DNA of 64,000 nucleotides from Octopus sinensis (GCF_006345805.1 NC_043006.1:21080001-21144000); one strand, 5' to 3'. Shown: positions 37,665 through 52,041, numbered from the stretch's first letter. Made by a program: numbers and translations. Notes: a model not told the origin generated them from the letters alone.

Positions 37665-37711
37665 CCCTCTCTCTCTATATATATATATTCAAAGATGCAT
37701 ACATATACATG

Positions 37712-37791
<80 letters not shown>

Positions 37792-37918
37792 GTAGGTCCC
37801 GGGTTGAGTCGGGGTTAACCACTGTAAATAAGGTACTCAATACATAGCAGAGTAAATTAATTTATTTTATAGAAGGAGCTTCTACAGGACTAGAACTGTT
37901 TCATTCAAATGAAATCAT

Positions 37919-37957
<39 letters not shown>

Positions 37958-38626
37958 TATGCTTACACATTCTAGTATACACGCACGCACACAGATATAT
38001 ACACTCATACATACATAGCTTCCGTCAACAAAATTTCACATACTAGACCCAATGAGCTGTTGGCTATACTGGAAGAAAATTGCTGAAAGTGCTGCATGGT
38101 GGGATCGTACTCGGAGCTACGAACTTCCGAAGCTAATCTTAACCCCACAGCCATGAAAGCACTCACATCTATGCCTTTCCTACAGCATAGTAGCCACACG
38201 AGATGTTTTCAACAAAGAAGTGAAATCGTAACGTGTAAACGACTTTGCGAAATCATCGACCATTTTTCTCTTTTCCTGTCACGTTACTGTAATTGAAATA
38301 TTTCATCTTAGAACGATTTCAACTAATTTTCTCCCTTCATGTCAATTATTTTGAAGCCTTTCATCATAGAAATCATCCAATTACCTTATATTTAACTGAA
38401 CATTAACTGAAAATATGCCTCACACATCAGGGAAATGCCAGAGAATGCAGGTAAAGACAATTTTATAATAACTTCAGCAGCTCGTATTTTCTTTTACGTT
38501 TAACTTCATTTCTTAATATATCATTTGAGAAAAAAAAAGACATCATAGTGTTGTTTTAAAAGAATGCAAAAGAATAAAAATAATAACCACAATAATAATA
38601 ATAATAATAATAATATAATAATAATA

Positions 38627-38662
<36 letters not shown>

Positions 38663-39220
38663 CAGTAATAGCAACAACAACAATAATGATTATAATAATG
38701 ATTCTAATGATGATTTTGCTCATGGCTAATGCAGGATTGCCTTTATTAGGTTGAAGAAATTTCCCTTAGGAATTCATAGAGGGATATGGTACTTTAGTTC
38801 CAGAGAAAATTTCACAACTGAATTAGCGAGTGTTTAAAGATCACGCCAATGACAAAGTGAGACATACCAAAGTGTTGGCATTTGATGTCATCATTTTAGA
38901 ACTCATTTTGTCTAATAATTAAAATAGAAAGCTCAATTGAATTATTTTTGATTTTTTAAGTTAGAATAATTTCATTGCATTTTTTTCTTAAAGGATTGCT
39001 CACGTTTGCGTTTTGTCAGAGTAAACACGTTGCGATTTCAATCCAAGGGATAGACAGATAGAAAAACAACTTATTGAAAATCATTTAGTTCGAAATTCTT
39101 TTGTATCTTTTCTTTATAATCTGGAGAAAGGCATGATCTTCACAAAGTTTCACATTCCTTCTTGGAAGAAATCCGGCTCGATTTCGAATCACAGATAGGA
39201 GCCATTCACTTTCACGTATA

Positions 39221-39430
39221 TTGGTTTCAAATATTGTCACAAGACAAGCAAGGTCGGGGAGTGGCGTAAGTCGAATACAGAGCTAGACTGGTGCATATAT
39301 TTTATCGATTCCGAAAGGACGAAAGTTAAAGATGACCTCAGCGGAATTTGAAGTCAGAATGTGAAGATGGGCGAAAAGCCGCTAAGCGTTTAACCCGGCG
39401 TGCTAGTGATCCTGTCAGCACGCCGCCCTT
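39221..39430 (-). mobile_element. SINE family B (tail 2), diverged
   Basis: Reverse-complement match to family B. Confidence 0.7.
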
Positions 39431-39461
39431 CACCAGCTTACTCTTTTACTCTTTACTCTGT

Positions 39462-39692
39462 GGCCATATATGTATGTGTGTGTTTGTGTGTCTGTGTTTG
39501 TGCCCCTAGTGCTGGTGTGTTTACGTCCCTGTCACTTATAGGTTCGGCAAAAAGAGACCGATAAAATAAGTACTAGGCTTACAAAGAATAAGTCCTGGGG
39601 TCGATTTGCTCGACTAAAGGCGGTGCTCCAGCATGGCCGCAGTCAAATGACTGAAACAAGTAAAAGAGTAAAAGAGTAAAGAGTAAAGAGTA
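39462..39692 (+). mobile_element. SINE family A, 3' half
   Basis: Tail match with (AAAGAGT)n end. Confidence 0.85.
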
Positions 39693-40065
39693 CAACAAAA
39701 TAATTAGATAAACACTATTAAAAGAATTTGCTCTGCTTCGACTTCAAAATGATTCATGGACTCCTGGACCGGTGGCATTCAGCATAATATGTTCCTTTTT
39801 CAAAAAAAAATTCCTTTACTTCTTTCAGTGATTCCGTTGCTGGGTCTATGCTGGGGTACCGCTTACAAGGGATCAGGTGATCAAATCGACTCTAGAACTT
39901 CTTTTAAGCCTGGTAAGTTGTCTACTGTCTCTTTTAGCTGAACTGCTGATATTGTTTGTCAAAAAGTGATAGTGAGAGACAAGGACAAATACAAAAATTC
40001 ACGCACAAACACATATTTACATATGCATACGTATATACATATGTATATATGTATATAAGTATGTA

Positions 40066-40154
<89 letters not shown>

Positions 40155-40175
40155 ACATACATACTTATATACATA

Positions 40176-40206
<31 letters not shown>

Positions 40207-41569
40207 TCCATTAGTAGGACAACTGAAAGCTTATCGTCGAGACCGACGGAGAACACACCATCATTACTATTTGCTAAACTACTTTCATTCTGTATTCCCG
40301 AATCCAAAACTTAATGATTGTCGTAGTTTTCAAAGTTAAGTGTTAGTAAGTATATGATTACTTATATTCTATCGTAAGTGGAGTTCATGAAAAACTGTTG
40401 AAAAAAGTGCTATTATAGCACGCCATCTCAAAAACAATATTTCCTAGATAATCATTGTCTAGAATAAATGAATTTTTAGCCTGAAACAAAATTTAGGTAC
40501 TTTGATTTGTGTCGGGAGCATTTTACTGTTGATTATAATTTCAAACAAGCCTTCAGCTCATAATGTTGTTAGCACAATCATTTACTTACACTTCAAGCAG
40601 ATCGAAGATTGAGTCTCACTTCTCGACGACATAGTTGTGTGAGTAAAGGTAAAGAAGCAAAAAAAAAAAAAAAAAAAAAAAAATTAAAACAAGAAGCAAT
40701 TAAAAAAAACAAACTCGATGAAGAATTGCTTTCTACTTCAAAATCTTTTCGGGAAAAGATACGGCACTTTTTCACTTTATTTCTAATTAGCTTTCAATTC
40801 TTCAATTTCATTTTCGTTCTAATAGCCCAACAACTGCACACGAAATTATGTTAGTTAAATCAATTTCTATTTCACAGTGATTATTTACCCTACCATTTTA
40901 GCTATAATACCACATCAATTGCGTAGGGTTTCTCTTTATTTCTAGCTGCTTATACACGTATTTATGTTCTTAAGGTTCTTCTCTGTCTAAAGTTAGTCAC
41001 AACAAAACTACGATTAAATTCTGGTCCGTTTTACTTAAAGTCGTCTGTTGTTTCAATTTAATTATAAGAAATCCAAGAACTGTCTGCCACTTCAAGATAA
41101 TCAAAAAGCTCGAATCAATTAGTATCACAATTTAGTTATAGAAACATTCAGTACATCTAGCGTTTCTGTCAGAGAAATGGACAGAACGAAATTATGATTA
41201 TTTACTTAATCACTAAAGTTAGTCGTTTCAAGCTATTTATAGCCAAAGTGTAAGCAATAGCTAGCAGAATAAGTAGAACAGAGAATTAAGTATCAGAGCT
41301 CTCTGAGTTCAAACACCACACTAGCCGTTTTCGCCTTTAGTCTTCCCTTGAATGGGTTAATAAAATTAATAACAGGCATAAAAATTCTGACTTTACTGCA
41401 CAGGAAATAAAGCTCAAACACAGGAATTTAAAAGTGTAGACATGGCTGGATGATTCAGAAGGTTTGTGTTACAGCTGCACGATCTTGTGTTCAATACCAT
41501 TAGACAGCACCTTTAGTAAGTAATTCTTATCAGTTCCTAAAATCTACGGAATCCTCGTTAACTGTCAGC

Positions 41570-42750
41570 AGATATGGAAGACAAAGCAGTGGCCAATGGA
41601 GTGGTTCCAATTACTTATGATGTTCATTCCTAAGAAAGGCAACTTAAGACTCTGCCAGAATTACGGAGCAATCAACCTAATAATAAGGGGAAGGCAGAAG
41701 AAATTCTTGCAGAAGAACAGGCAAGATTTAGGTCTAAGAAAGGAGTACTGTGGAACTGATATTTAACATTAGACTGCACGCTGAGAAACGTCTGCAACAC
41801 CAATCTGATGTCTATCACGAGTTCATCGATTTTAAAATGGTCTTTGACCGTATTTGGCATGATGGGTTATAGCAAGTGATGAAGAATTACAACTTCGACA
41901 ACAGCCTCATCGAAGTAATCCAAGCACTGTATTAAAAGTTAACCAGATCAACAACACCATTGGAGGACGGCCCACTTCCAGTCTACGCTTTACTGATGAT
42001 ATTTACCTATTTGGAAGCCGTGAAGCGGAACCTCAAGACTGGAAAAAGGTATCAGGAACATACAGGATGGAGATAAGCCCAATCAGCGTAAACGGAGAGA
42101 GACTTGAAGAGGATAACTTGAAGTACTTAGGATCCACTTTGACCAAGGACGGCAGATCTCAAAAGGAAATAACAGCAAAACTCACATTATCCTCTGCTGC
42201 CATGACAAAGGTGAACAACATAAGGAAGAGCTATTCCATTAGTTCTCCAACAAGATTCAGAGTGCACAAAACCCTGGTGACTTTGTTCCTTCTGTGTGGT
42301 GAGAATTGATCTCTTACAGCTGACATGGAGCGAAGAATCCAAGCGTTTGAGTACAAGTGTTTCAGAAGGCTGTCACACATCTCGTACATAGAGCACAAAA
42401 CGAACATCTTTGTCAGGCTGCAAGTCAACAAATACAAGCTAGCAGACAAGAACCACTCCTTGCGTAAAAGACGAAAGCTTGCCTGGCACGGTCAGGAATC
42501 CCGCCACAACTCCCAGTCCAAAACCATTCTACAGGAATCAGTTGAATAAGGGCGAAAGTGAGGCAGATAGAGAAAATCCTGATTTAACAAGATCAACAAC
42601 TGGGCAGGTCATAGCTCAACGACTCTACTACGCATCAGAACTGAGACCAGAGGTGGTGGCTGACTATGGAAGCATCTTGTGTAGCACGCACCCCAATGAC
42701 AGGCTACGTCGGTTAAGGGATCTTGATGATGATGATAATGATGATGGTAT
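41570..42750 (+). pseudogene. RTE (BovB-like) LINE RT fragment, heavily decayed, with (GAT)n tail
   Basis: IWKTKQWP.EW...IPKKGNLRLCQNY.AINL, EILAEEQA.FR, FIDFK.VFDRIWH, FTDD, KYLGSTLTKDGRSQKEI, IQAFEYKCFRRL.HISY.EHKTN, RRKLAWHG. Confidence 0.9.
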
Positions 42751-43374
42751 ATATATATGTGTGTGTGTGTGTGCGTGTGTGCGTGCATGCGTGTGTGCGT
42801 GCTTGCGTGTGCGCGGGTGTGCATACGCACGTGCATATATATTTATATATAATCATTAACAGCAACAGAAGCAGTACTAATTCCAAAAGGTAATTTTTAT
42901 CTCCCATTTAAAGTGGCTGTTGTGTTATATAACAGAATACTGCGATGTTTACCATGAGAGGCCCTCTCATATAGATTTGCGGTGCATAAAAGCACTCGTG
43001 TTTATATCGCTAGCGGGTGATAACCGTTTGTTACGGCTGCCGAAACTTCCAGATCACATGATTTCGGCCTTCCTTGGTCTTGTGAATGACAGACGTCCGC
43101 AGCTAGACATAGATCCCAAGTCCTCTGCCAGCGATTCATATTGAATCTCAGTGTCTATTCAAGTACTGTATCGCAAATAGCCAGAGTAGCTTTTAATTAT
43201 TTTTTAATAAGCCCACTGTTAATGTGTAGCTACGGACGGCTGTCATTGACATGACCAGCGATATAAACACGATTTGTTTTAAACACCACAAGTCAATGTG
43301 AAAGGTTCTCTCTTGGTAAACAACGCAGTAATCTGAGTTATAACACATCTACTTTAAGTGGAAGATAAATATTA

Positions 43375-43437
<63 letters not shown>

Positions 43438-43438
43438 A

Positions 43439-43515
<77 letters not shown>

Positions 43516-43534
43516 ATATATATATATATATATA

Positions 43535-43850
43535 GGGAGAGTTTACGAAAAAACAAAAGACGAAGACAGGCGGTGTAGAAAACAAACAGATGTATTAGTA
43601 TAACGCTCACAAATAGAAAAAAGTCTTTTACGTTTCGAGCCTACGCTCTTCTACAGAAAGGGACACACAAAAAACAAGGAGAGAAAAAATGTGTGTTGTG
43701 GCTAGCGATCTATCATATAAGGTATATTTATATGTGTGCGTGTGTGAGTGCAAACCAGTATATCTCAGGACATGTGAGTGCTTATTATTGTACGTGTAAG
43801 TGTAAATGTATGTGTTTGCATTTTTTTGTGTGTCATCTTCGCTACTTAAT
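43535..43850 (-). mobile_element. PLE-terminus-like element with minimal hammerhead-like motif, copy 3
   Basis: Minus strand ctttctgtagaagagcgtaggctcgaaacgtaaaagac at 43624-43660. Confidence 0.7.
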
Positions 43851-44166
43851 CGTAGACCTTTCAATTAGGATCGTAAAATAGTGCTGACGTGTTTCATTAA
43901 CTTACTTTGTGTTAACGATTTTCAATTAATATTGAAAATTAGACTTCTCTGCCTTAGATAAATACCAACAAAAGAAAAATCTGTGCATCTTCTTTCGATG
44001 AAAAAACAACACAAAAAGAAACAACGAAAAGAATTTTGAAATCCATAATTTGATTAAACATAAGGAATGATGCAAACAGAAAGGGTGTCTGAGTTTTGAC
44101 ATCCTAGCATTATAAACATAATCTTTATAGAAAGAGCAATCTATTTTCATATAAACAAAATGTCGG

Positions 44167-44553
44167 GAGGCTGTGTGGTAAGTAGCTTGCTAACCAACCA
44201 CATGGTTCCGGGTTCAGTCCCACTGTGTGGCACCTTGGGCAAGTGTCTTCTGCTATAGCCCAGGGCCGACCAATACTTTGTGAGTGGATTTGGTAGACGG
44301 AAACTGAAAGAAGCCTGTCGTATATATATGTATGTATGTGTGTTTGTGTGTCTGTGTTTGTCCCCCTAGCATTGCTTGACAACCGATGCTGGTGTGTTTA
44401 CGTCCCCGTTACTTAGCGGTTCGGCAAAAGATACCGATAGAATAAGTACTGGGCTTACAAAGAATAAGTCCCGGGGTCGATTTGCTCGACTAAAGGCGGT
44501 GCTCCAGCATGGCCGCAGTCAAATGACTGAAACAAGTAAAAGAGTAAAAGAGG
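44167..44553 (+). mobile_element. SINE family A inserted in the left inverted arm
   Basis: Sequence match; splits the arm. Confidence 0.9.
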
Positions 44554-44820
44554 AAAGAGATATGAGAGGTAAATATGTATTCATTTAACCACGTGACTTT
44601 CATAGGTTTACGACCGTTTCGCAACCTTCATTTAATATTAGTTTCAGAATGCTAAAATTCTTTGCATAATTTTCCATTTACATCAATGATCAACCATTAT
44701 ACAATACAATTGTATATACACAAATTAATGCAAATAAAGAAAGCTGGCTCCTCAAATCACCCTTGTGGGCAGTAAAGAAATAAATTGATGAGAATATTCC
44801 TTTAATGCAAAGTAATTCCT

Positions 44821-45202
44821 GAAGCACTCCGTCGGTTACGACGACGAGGGTTCCGGTTGATCCGATCAACGGAACAGCCTGCTCGTGAAATTAACGTCTA
44901 AGTGGCTGAGCACTCCACAGACACGTGTACCCTTAACGCAGTTCTCGGGGATATTCAGCGTGACACAGAGAGTGACAAGGCCGGCCCTTTGAAATACAGG
45001 TACAACAGAAACAGGAAGTAAGAGTGAGAGAAAGTTGTGGTGAAAGAGTACAGCAGGGATCACCACCCCCACTGCCGGAGCCTCATGGAGCTTTTAGGTG
45101 TTTTCGCTCAATAAACACTCACAACGCCCGGTCTGGGAATCGAAACCGCGATTCTACGACCGCGAGTCCGCTGCCCTAACCACTGGGCCATTGCGCCTCC
45201 AC
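44821..45202 (-). mobile_element. SINE family C, tail 1
   Basis: Full copy; TSD gcaaagt(a/g)att. Confidence 0.9.
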
Positions 45203-45652
45203 GCAAAGTGATTATGAAGTGTGCAAACCAATTATAATGCAATGACGCCCCTCATTAAATATGAGTTTGTATTTGTTTTAAACTCTAGTATACAACTTAT
45301 TTCAGGGTTTCAGAAGATAGTTTCAGAGCAAATAAAAGACATGGCTAACGGTATTTAAATACCCTGGATGGAAGCACCAAAGTATTTGTTTCATTTTATC
45401 GATGTTGTTAATGATATTACAGATATAGTAGAAGGATTACTGTCAATTATATTTGTATGTAGAATAACAGCAAGCTTTATATCGTGAACAGGTTTACTTG
45501 TTTTAAAAGTTTGTGCATAGATCAAGCAGCGGGAATTTCTATTTATCATTAAGTAAAACCTGGTGGTGGAAATGAGATGGTATACCTGGTTGTTTTAAAA
45601 GCAACAATAATTGGAATGTTTTCAACTGGTTTCTGATACCTTAAGAAAAGTA

Positions 45653-46037
45653 GTGGCGGCGCAATGGCCCAGTGGTTAGGGCAGCGGACTCGCGGTCATA
45701 GGATCGCGCTTTCGATTCCCAGACCGGGCGTTGTGAGTGTTTATTGAGCAAAAAACACCTAAAGCTCCACGAGGCTCCGGCAGGGGATGGTGGTGATCCC
45801 TGCTGTACTCTTTCACCACAACTTTCTCTCACTCTTACTTCCTGTTTCTGTTGTACCTGTATTTCAAAAGGCCGGCCTTGTCACTCTCTGTGTCACTCTG
45901 AATATCCCCGAGAACTGCGTTAAGGGTACACGTGTCTGTGGAGTGCTCAGCCACTTACACGTTAATTTCACGAGCAGGCTGTTCCGTTGATTCGGATCAA
46001 CCGGAACCCTCGTCGTCGTAACCGACGGAGTGCTTCC
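45653..46037 (+). mobile_element. SINE family C, tail 1
   Basis: Full copy; TSD aagaaaagtagtg. Confidence 0.9.
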
Positions 46038-46679
46038 AAGAAAAGTAGTGATGTCTTAATCGCCAATAATATGTATATGCACATTCTACACAATGTACAA
46101 TACAAATATAAAAGATTAAAAAATCATATTTTAAAATTTGGTCAGTAAAATGTAAGCATGGGAGCCAAGATATTCTGTTGCTATTATCGAAAAAAATATT
46201 TTCTTCACATATGAACACCCTCATATCTATTAAGTTAAAGTGCTAAGGTAGAAATTGAGATATTCACCATCCTTAATTCAAACAAGATAAGAAGGAAAAA
46301 AACAAAAGCAAGCAAGAGATAAAGTAAAAATGAGATGACCAAATCAATATAATTTTGTCCAGTTCCGGCCTTCCATACATTGCGTACTTAAAGAGTGAGT
46401 TTTGCGTGTCCATTCAGAGTTGAACTGTTGGTGTAATCATGATATTCCGGTGATTTGAGGAGCCAGCTTCTTTATTTGCATTAATTTGTGTATATACAAT
46501 TGTATTGTATAATGGTTGATCATAGATGTAAATGCAAAATTATGCGCGGAAATTTTAGCATTCTGAAACTAATATTAAATGAAGAATGTTGCGAAATGGT
46601 CGTAAGCCTATGAAAGTCACGTGGTTAAATGAATACATATTTACCTCTCATATCTACCGACATTTTGTTTATATATAAT

Positions 46680-46751
<72 letters not shown>

Positions 46752-46778
46752 GCGTCTGTCTGTCTATCTGTCTATCTG

Positions 46779-46844
<66 letters not shown>

Positions 46845-46965
46845 CATCTATCTATCTATCTAAATCATCTGTCTACTCCTCTCTCTCTTTTTCTCTTTCT
46901 CTTTCTCTCTCTTTCTCTCTCTCACACACACACACACATACACACGCACACACGCACACATGCAT
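46680..46965. repeat. (TATC)n/(TC)n/(CA)n compound microsatellite
   Basis: Direct reading. Confidence 0.95.
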
Positions 46966-47429
46966 GTCGGGACTCGGCAGCGCGTTTTTTCTTTGAGCTA
47001 GACACTCCATTTTTCGTTACTCCAGTTTACTAAACTGAAAATGAATACTAGTGGTAGTGGTAGGTTGAACTCTGAAACGGTCTGACGTTCCATTCAGAAG
47101 AAAATCTTGTACCTCGGTCGCTTGAACACCGCCGGACACGGGATTAATTCAGGTCAAATTGGCCTAAATATTTATATTTGTATCTGGTTTGCAAGATGCT
47201 TTATGTGAATTCATGTGTTGAAAGAAATATTGTTTAGGAGTGGAATTGGACCAGAGCGTGTGTTAACAATATTGGCACAATGACCCTTCCTAGACACAAC
47301 AAAGCATTTATATTCGTTTTTGCGTAAATCAAACATATTTTGTTTTGGTTCTTGCATTTTCCAGACTCAAACATATACACATCTAATGCAAAAATATTTT
47401 CTACACATTTAACAGAGCAATTTAATTTT

Positions 47430-47749
47430 GTGTGTGTGCGTGGAGGAAGAATGAGTGACCGGAAGGAGAGGAAGTGACGTCACATCAAGGGACCGAGAGG
47501 GTAAAGAAATGACATCACATCAAGGAGCAGTAGGTTAAAACAGCCTCCATTCTCACGAGTGTGTTGTGAGCGATAGACGTGTATTGGGAATGATCGTAGG
47601 ATAGCAGACTTTTCTGGCCAGAGACTGGGCAGAGTGCGCGCCTGGATACAACTGTGTGGTCTTGCTGGTTTCCCGTGACCTGACGCTTGGAGGGACTGTT
47701 GCTGATTGCATCTTGAGGTAAGAGCAACTTTTATTTGTGCCTTACAACA
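47430..47749 (+). promoter_or_regulatory. Promoter-like or solo-LTR-like segment
   Basis: ccggaag and aggaagt (ETS-like), TGACGTCA at 47475-47482, donor-like GAG|GTAAGA at 47718, ends ttacaaca. Confidence 0.3.
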
Positions 47750-48169
47750 ACATTTTGTTAATTAAAACAGGAACATGGATTAAATAAAATTAACTACATT
47801 TATTTGTGCATCCAAATAAGTTTCTAAAAAAATTAAGGAATATAATAAACTAAAAGCCGAAAAAAAAATTAATGGGGTGAGCTAGAAAAATACATAAAAT
47901 GAAAACAAGTTAATAAAATTTGTTAAATAAGATAAGTTAGTGTGCTGCAGGAAGGGGGTTAAGTACAAGCGCTTTTTTTTAAATATGTGGTTGTTGTGTG
48001 CTACAAGGGTTAATAATACCGAAAGAAACAATTTATAACTAAGTAGACCCTTAGGTTAATTACACACGTTCGAATGTTTCATTCTGTCACAAATGATTTC
48101 AATAAGCACTCTCAGATACTTTTCTCCTGTACAACAACAACAACAACAACAAAAAAATAATATAATAAA

Positions 48170-48221
<52 letters not shown>

Positions 48222-48699
48222 GTAATGACCTGGAAGAAACTTATATTTTCTCATTACAGAAACCTATTTTCTCATTATAGCTTTCATACGTATCGTTATT
48301 GTTTTTTAGTTGTGTGATTAAATAGTTTTAGTACTACTTCTACTACTACTACAACCATCAGCTGCCACCGCCACCACCGCCACCACCGCCAGTTCCTTTA
48401 TCGCCGTCAGCTCTACCGCTTCCAATACTACAATACCTGCGCTACCATCACCAATACCACGGCCGCTACATCATCATTATCATCATCAGCAGCAGCATCA
48501 TTACTATCATAACTACCGCCATTACCATCCTTACCACTACCACCAGCGCTACCACCACCATTGCTATCACCACCCCTGCCACATTACCACCGCTATTTCT
48601 GGCAGCACCTCTGCTATCACGCCATAACCGTTGCCACTGCCCCTACTCAACCCCTATCAATCAATCCTTATTGTCTCAAAAAGGAGAAAGGTTACATTA

Positions 48700-49035
48700 G
48701 ATTACGTGAGATCTATATTCTAGGAATATCATTGCGAGAGCAATTCCGAAATGAAGTAATTCGAGTGATGTGATTGCAGAATATTGAAAGCAACAGTTCC
48801 GCTGGGACAGATATGTCTCAAGATTTATAGTGAATATGTAGACCCGTAGTGTCATCAGGTAGTAACCGAGAGGTCAGAAAAGTTCCACTCCATTCAGAAG
48901 GCCCCCCACCGACGCTGGGAAGGCGATTTAGTTGAACAATTTGGATTAAGGTGGGAAATAAGGACTCAATTAAGAACGATTAGAAAAGGCATTGTGACCA
49001 GCGATGTATAACAACATCCGATGGTCTGGTCGAGC
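48700..49035 (+). pseudogene. RTE-clade LINE 3' end
   Basis: ILGISLREQFRNEVIR, RWDRYVSR, PHRRWEGDLVEQFGLRWE resemble RTE C-terminal RNEEIR..RWAGHVAR..GRP..RW.DDL. Confidence 0.7.
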
Positions 49036-49168
49036 TAGACAGACCGACATTAGGGAACATAGTTCAAGATCCATTAGCAAAAAATAAAGACGGGGTGGTC
49101 ATGGCTAGAATGTCATTGATGATAGTACTTCCCAGTCAGAGATCATCTGATACTAAGCAGCAGGAGCA

Positions 49169-49530
49169 GTGGATGCGCAATGGCCCAATGGTTAGGGAAG
49201 CGGACTCGCAGTTTCGATTCCCAGACCGGGTGTTGTGTGTGTTTATTGAGCGAAAACACTTAAAGCTCCACGAGGCTCCGGCAGGGAGTGGTGGCGACCC
49301 CTGCTGTACTCTTTCGCCACAACTTTCTCGCACTCTTTCTTCCTGTTTCTTGTCCCCGACTACCTACGCAACCGCTGAGCCTGGATGCGCATTCATCCAT
49401 CAGTCGATGCTCTCGGTGTCGGGGGTTGACCTGCTTTCTCTTCTGCGGGTCTTACGAATAGCAAAGAACCACGTTTCGGACTTCTCCCACTGCTCTGGGA
49501 CGAAGACCGCTTCGCTCAACAAACAAACAA
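49169..49530 (+). mobile_element. SINE family C head with tail 4
   Basis: Family C head (with a short deletion), different 3' half ending (CAAA)n; TSD agcaggagca. Confidence 0.8.
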
Positions 49531-49850
49531 GTAGCAGGAGCAATAACTTACAATACTCACATCTCCCAGCTCCTAACTTCCCTATTCTGGAGTTCTAAAG
49601 CCTCATCCGTGTTCTCCCCGAAAACGCTCCACCAAATTAGACCTACTCTCCTCATACAAAAAAACCTCTACAATCTTAATCCGGCTCTCTAATTACCAGC
49701 TTCCGCTATACCCCGCCCCAACCATATTAATTAGCAGTATGGATAGCACTAATTAATGAACTTACTAATAACTGCTTCTTCTCCTCAAAACAAATGATAG
49801 ACGATCATTTATATATATATATAATATATATATATATATATTATATATAT

Positions 49851-49884
<34 letters not shown>

Positions 49885-50036
49885 ATATACATATATGTAT
49901 ACATACATATATATATATACATATATATATATACATATATATATATTAATATATTATATATATACACACACACATACATATATATATAGATATATATATA
50001 TATATACATATATGTATACATACATATATATAATAC

Positions 50037-50068
<32 letters not shown>

Positions 50069-50086
50069 TAAATATATTATATATAT

Positions 50087-50121
<35 letters not shown>

Positions 50122-50880
50122 ATATATATATATACATATATGTATACATACATATATATATATACATATATTATATACATATATATATATTAAATATATT
50201 ATATATATACACACACATACATATATATATATATAATATATATATATATATATACATATATGTATACATACATATATAATATGTGTGTATGAATATATGT
50301 ATACACACATACACACACACACACCACGTTGGTTTTATGTACATACCGCATCTTTTACTGTTTGCACAGCCTCTAGGCCTTGATATATTTACACATGTTA
50401 TAGTGCTGTTGGTAGAACTAATATGGTGGCAATGATGTCAGCATTGGTGGTAGCAATAGTAGTCCATAAATGTATGTATATGTATGTATGTGTACTTAGG
50501 CGCGAATATGTATGTGCGTTTGCGTGTATTTGTGTCTTCGTTTGTATCTGTACATTTATGCATCTATTGTCACCGTGTGTGTGTGTTTGAACGCAGATAG
50601 TACATGTGTGAAGGTGTGCACGTGTGTGTAGGTATGTGTATGTATTTCTGTATGTGAGTATGTAATACATTTAAGTACTTCTCTGTGGGTTTTGCTGATG
50701 TGTTTCAATTGAAAGCGAAAGTTGATATGTGCATACGTTTACCTTGAAATGTATAAGGCAGTTTATTGTGAGTGTGCACACGTCCATGTCGATATAACCG
50801 TGTTGTTTAGAAGTTCACCTTGCAATAATAATGTCCTGAATTCCACAGAATGTGTTTTGGATAATTTGAAATGCAAGGTA

Positions 50881-51300
50881 TAAAGGCGGCGAGCTGGCAG
50901 AAACGTTAGCACGCCGGGCGAAATGCTTAGCGGTATTTCATCTGCCGTTACGTTCTGAGTTCAAATTCCGCCGATGTCGACTTTGCCTTTCATCCTTTCG
51001 GGGGTCGATAAATTAAGTAGCAGTTACGCACTGGGGTCGATGTAATCGACTTAATACCTATGTCTGTCCATGTTTGTCTCCTCTATGTTTAGCCCCTTGT
51101 GGGTAATAAAGAAATAGGTATTTCATCTGCCGTTACGTTCTGAGTTCTAATTCCGCCGATGTCGACTTTGCCTTTCATCCTTTCGGGGGTCAATAAATTA
51201 AGTAGCAGTTACGCACTGGAGTCGATGTAATCGACTAAATACCTATGTCTGTCCTTGTTTGTCCCCTCTGTGTTTAGCCCCTTGTGGGCAATAAAGAAAA
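50881..51300 (+). mobile_element. Tandem dimer of SINE family B (full copy plus 5'-truncated copy)
   Basis: Junction at about 51116; both units share private variants. Confidence 0.9.
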
Positions 51301-52041
51301 AGGTATAACGCTTTTACATGGATTAACACGTTAACAAACATAAAATATAGCTCCACGGTGAAAAGTAAACCATATGGGTTCTGAAAAGTTTTCATTTCTC
51401 CGTAGACAGAAAAGTTATAATTCTGACAAGTTTCAAGCCTCGTTAGACCGTTATCAGGAAAAGAATACCTAACACCTGTCTACAGGGGGATTATCAGCTA
51501 ATAGCTATTAATATATACATAAATTTATTTTTTTACGATGTCAATACACGCAAACAGAATTTGAGCACACTGCAAATACATATGAAAGCAAAAAAACTGG
51601 CTCCATAGGTGGTTTGTGTAGAGGATAAGCAGAAAAGTCTATGATAATCGACGAAATTGTGTTAAGGATAGACTTCCGGAGCAGCTGTAGGTCGAGTGTT
51701 ATGGATAAATTGCAATGACGTGGTTGTGCAGCAGAGAGTCAATGGCCACTAAGATACGCGATTTTGTTTCTCTTTTTATGACAAGTAGGTTTGAACCTGA
51801 TATAACACTCTCTCACTTCCAGTAACGGAGAGCAATCACCGTAATTTCATCATATGTACCATCCCTGAAGAGCATGTGCATTAGATAACCGCCCAGTTAT
51901 CTAACATCATTGTAATGGATCTATAATACTGCATACTTTGGTTAATATATCATCTCTATTAACAAATATACAAGTGCCTATTTTTTCTGACGACTATACA
52001 CCCCTCCATCCGTCCGTCTGCCCGTCCGTCCAACCAACCAT

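Larger units (their letters stand above)
44149..46674. mobile_element. Element with about 225-bp inverted termini, colonised by three SINEs
   Basis: 44149-44166 plus 44558-44761 is the reverse complement of 46449-46674. Confidence 0.75.
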
